Shown: positions 44,813-45,297 of the stretch, one piece after another
Layout of the letters: each line of letters starts with the position of its first letter
Numbering within the stretch: the first letter of the stretch is position 1
Origin: Candidatus Gottesmanbacteria bacterium RIFCSPHIGHO2_01_FULL_46_14
Lineage (GTDB): Bacteria > Patescibacteriota > Microgenomatia > UBA10105 > UBA927
Assembly: GCA_001780895.1 (NCBI GenBank)
Contig: MFJJ01000014.1
Coordinates: 1-45,297 of the forward strand
DNA length: 45,297 nt
Direction: 5' to 3'
The notes under the pieces: model-generated
Database searches by the model: none
What the model was told of the DNA's origin: nothing
What the model saw: the letters and a program-made list of their open reading frames with translations, nothing else
Program-made: the position numbers and the translations under genes

Positions 44813-44841
44813 ATTATGGATACTTATGATATTTTTTTCAA
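44813..44841 (-). promoter_or_regulatory. Promoter for the hypothetical-ftsEX unit
   Basis: Minus strand TTGAAA (44841-44836), 17 nt, CATAAT (44818-44813), 8 nt, ATG. Confidence 0.5.
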
Positions 44842-45297
44842 GTATGCGATAACGAAGTCTTCAATATCGCCATCAAGTACTCGATCGGTATTGCTTGTTT
44901 CGTATTGCGTACGCAAATCTTTGACCATGTGATACGGATGGAGGACGTAGGAACGGATCTGATTGCCCCACCCCGGTGTTTTGTATACCCCACGAAGTGA
45001 TTTTTCGGTTTCGGCGCGCTTGGCTTCTTCAAGTTCCCAAAGTTTGGCGCGAAGAATCTTTAACGCGTAGTCTCTATTTTGCCCTTGGTAGCGCTGTGCT
45101 TGACTCGTCACGATAATACCGGTGGGTGTATGTTTCAGGCGCACGGCAGTTGAAACTTTATTGACGTTCTGCCCGCCTTTGCCGCCACTTCGGTAAAAAT
45201 CCCATTCCAGATCTTCCTCTTTAAGATCGACCACAGCCCTATCCTCAATAACCGGATATACCTCAACCATCGCAAACGACGTCTGGCGGAGATTATC
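44824..45297 (-). CDS. prfB: Peptide chain release factor 2 (3' part; 5' end outside the window)
   Basis: Frame open to the window edge: RQTSFA.VEV.P, GKGGQNVNK, WGNQIRSYVLHPY. Confidence 0.9.
   Translation of the reverse strand, partial: DNLRQTSFAMVEVYPVIEDRAVVDLKEEDLEWDFYRSGGKGGQNVNKVSTAVRLKHTPTGIIVTSQAQRYQGQNRDYALKILRAKLWELEEAKRAETEKSLRGVYKTPGWGNQIRSYVLHPYHMVKDLRTQYETSNTDRVLDGDIEDFVIAYLKKIS

Noticed and set aside
557..45032. All plus-strand ORFs and short nested minus-strand ORFs in the track
   Set aside because: They overlap well-supported minus-strand genes and show no recognisable motifs; treated as shadow ORFs.
44824..45297. prfB programmed +1 frameshift site
   Set aside because: It would lie near the 5' end of the gene, outside this window.

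Overview
A gene-dense window with about 47 CDS, all on the minus strand and mostly translationally coupled. The gene families suggest a Patescibacteria/CPR (Microgenomates-like) genome, which is an inference only. In transcription order (right to left): (1) a housekeeping block at 39.3-45.3 kb: prfB 3' part, a membrane protein, ftsE, ftsX, a coiled-coil protein whose M23 peptidase domain looks circularly permuted, a Pro/Thr-rich surface protein, VanZ-like, tsaE, tsaC and a short tsaB. (2) A ~19 kb surface-glycan unit at 19.9-39.25 kb. It starts at a near-consensus sigma70 promoter and a 59-aa HTH gene missed by the ORF track. It encodes a 1556-aa four-module glycosyltransferase/flippase fusion, three paralogous GT2s, a CDP-sugar C-methylation cluster, two GT-C proteins, a secreted glycoside-hydrolase-like protein, a LATTG-tailed protein and a sortase. 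(3) A second glycosylation block at 1-19.9 kb: CAP protein, rmlACBD, ugd, gmd/rmd-like, three polyprenol-phosphate sugar synthases, five GT-C proteins, Wzx and a GT2. It ends in a TrpR/YerC-like repressor gene. Best non-coding signals: a 22-bp palindrome (TAAAATGATTCAAATCATTTTA) in three exact copies, one directly upstream of the TrpR-like start codon; a REP-like array of nested palindromes between rmlB and rmlD; and several -10 boxes a few nt from start codons. I saw no rRNA, tRNA, CRISPR array, integrase or transposase.
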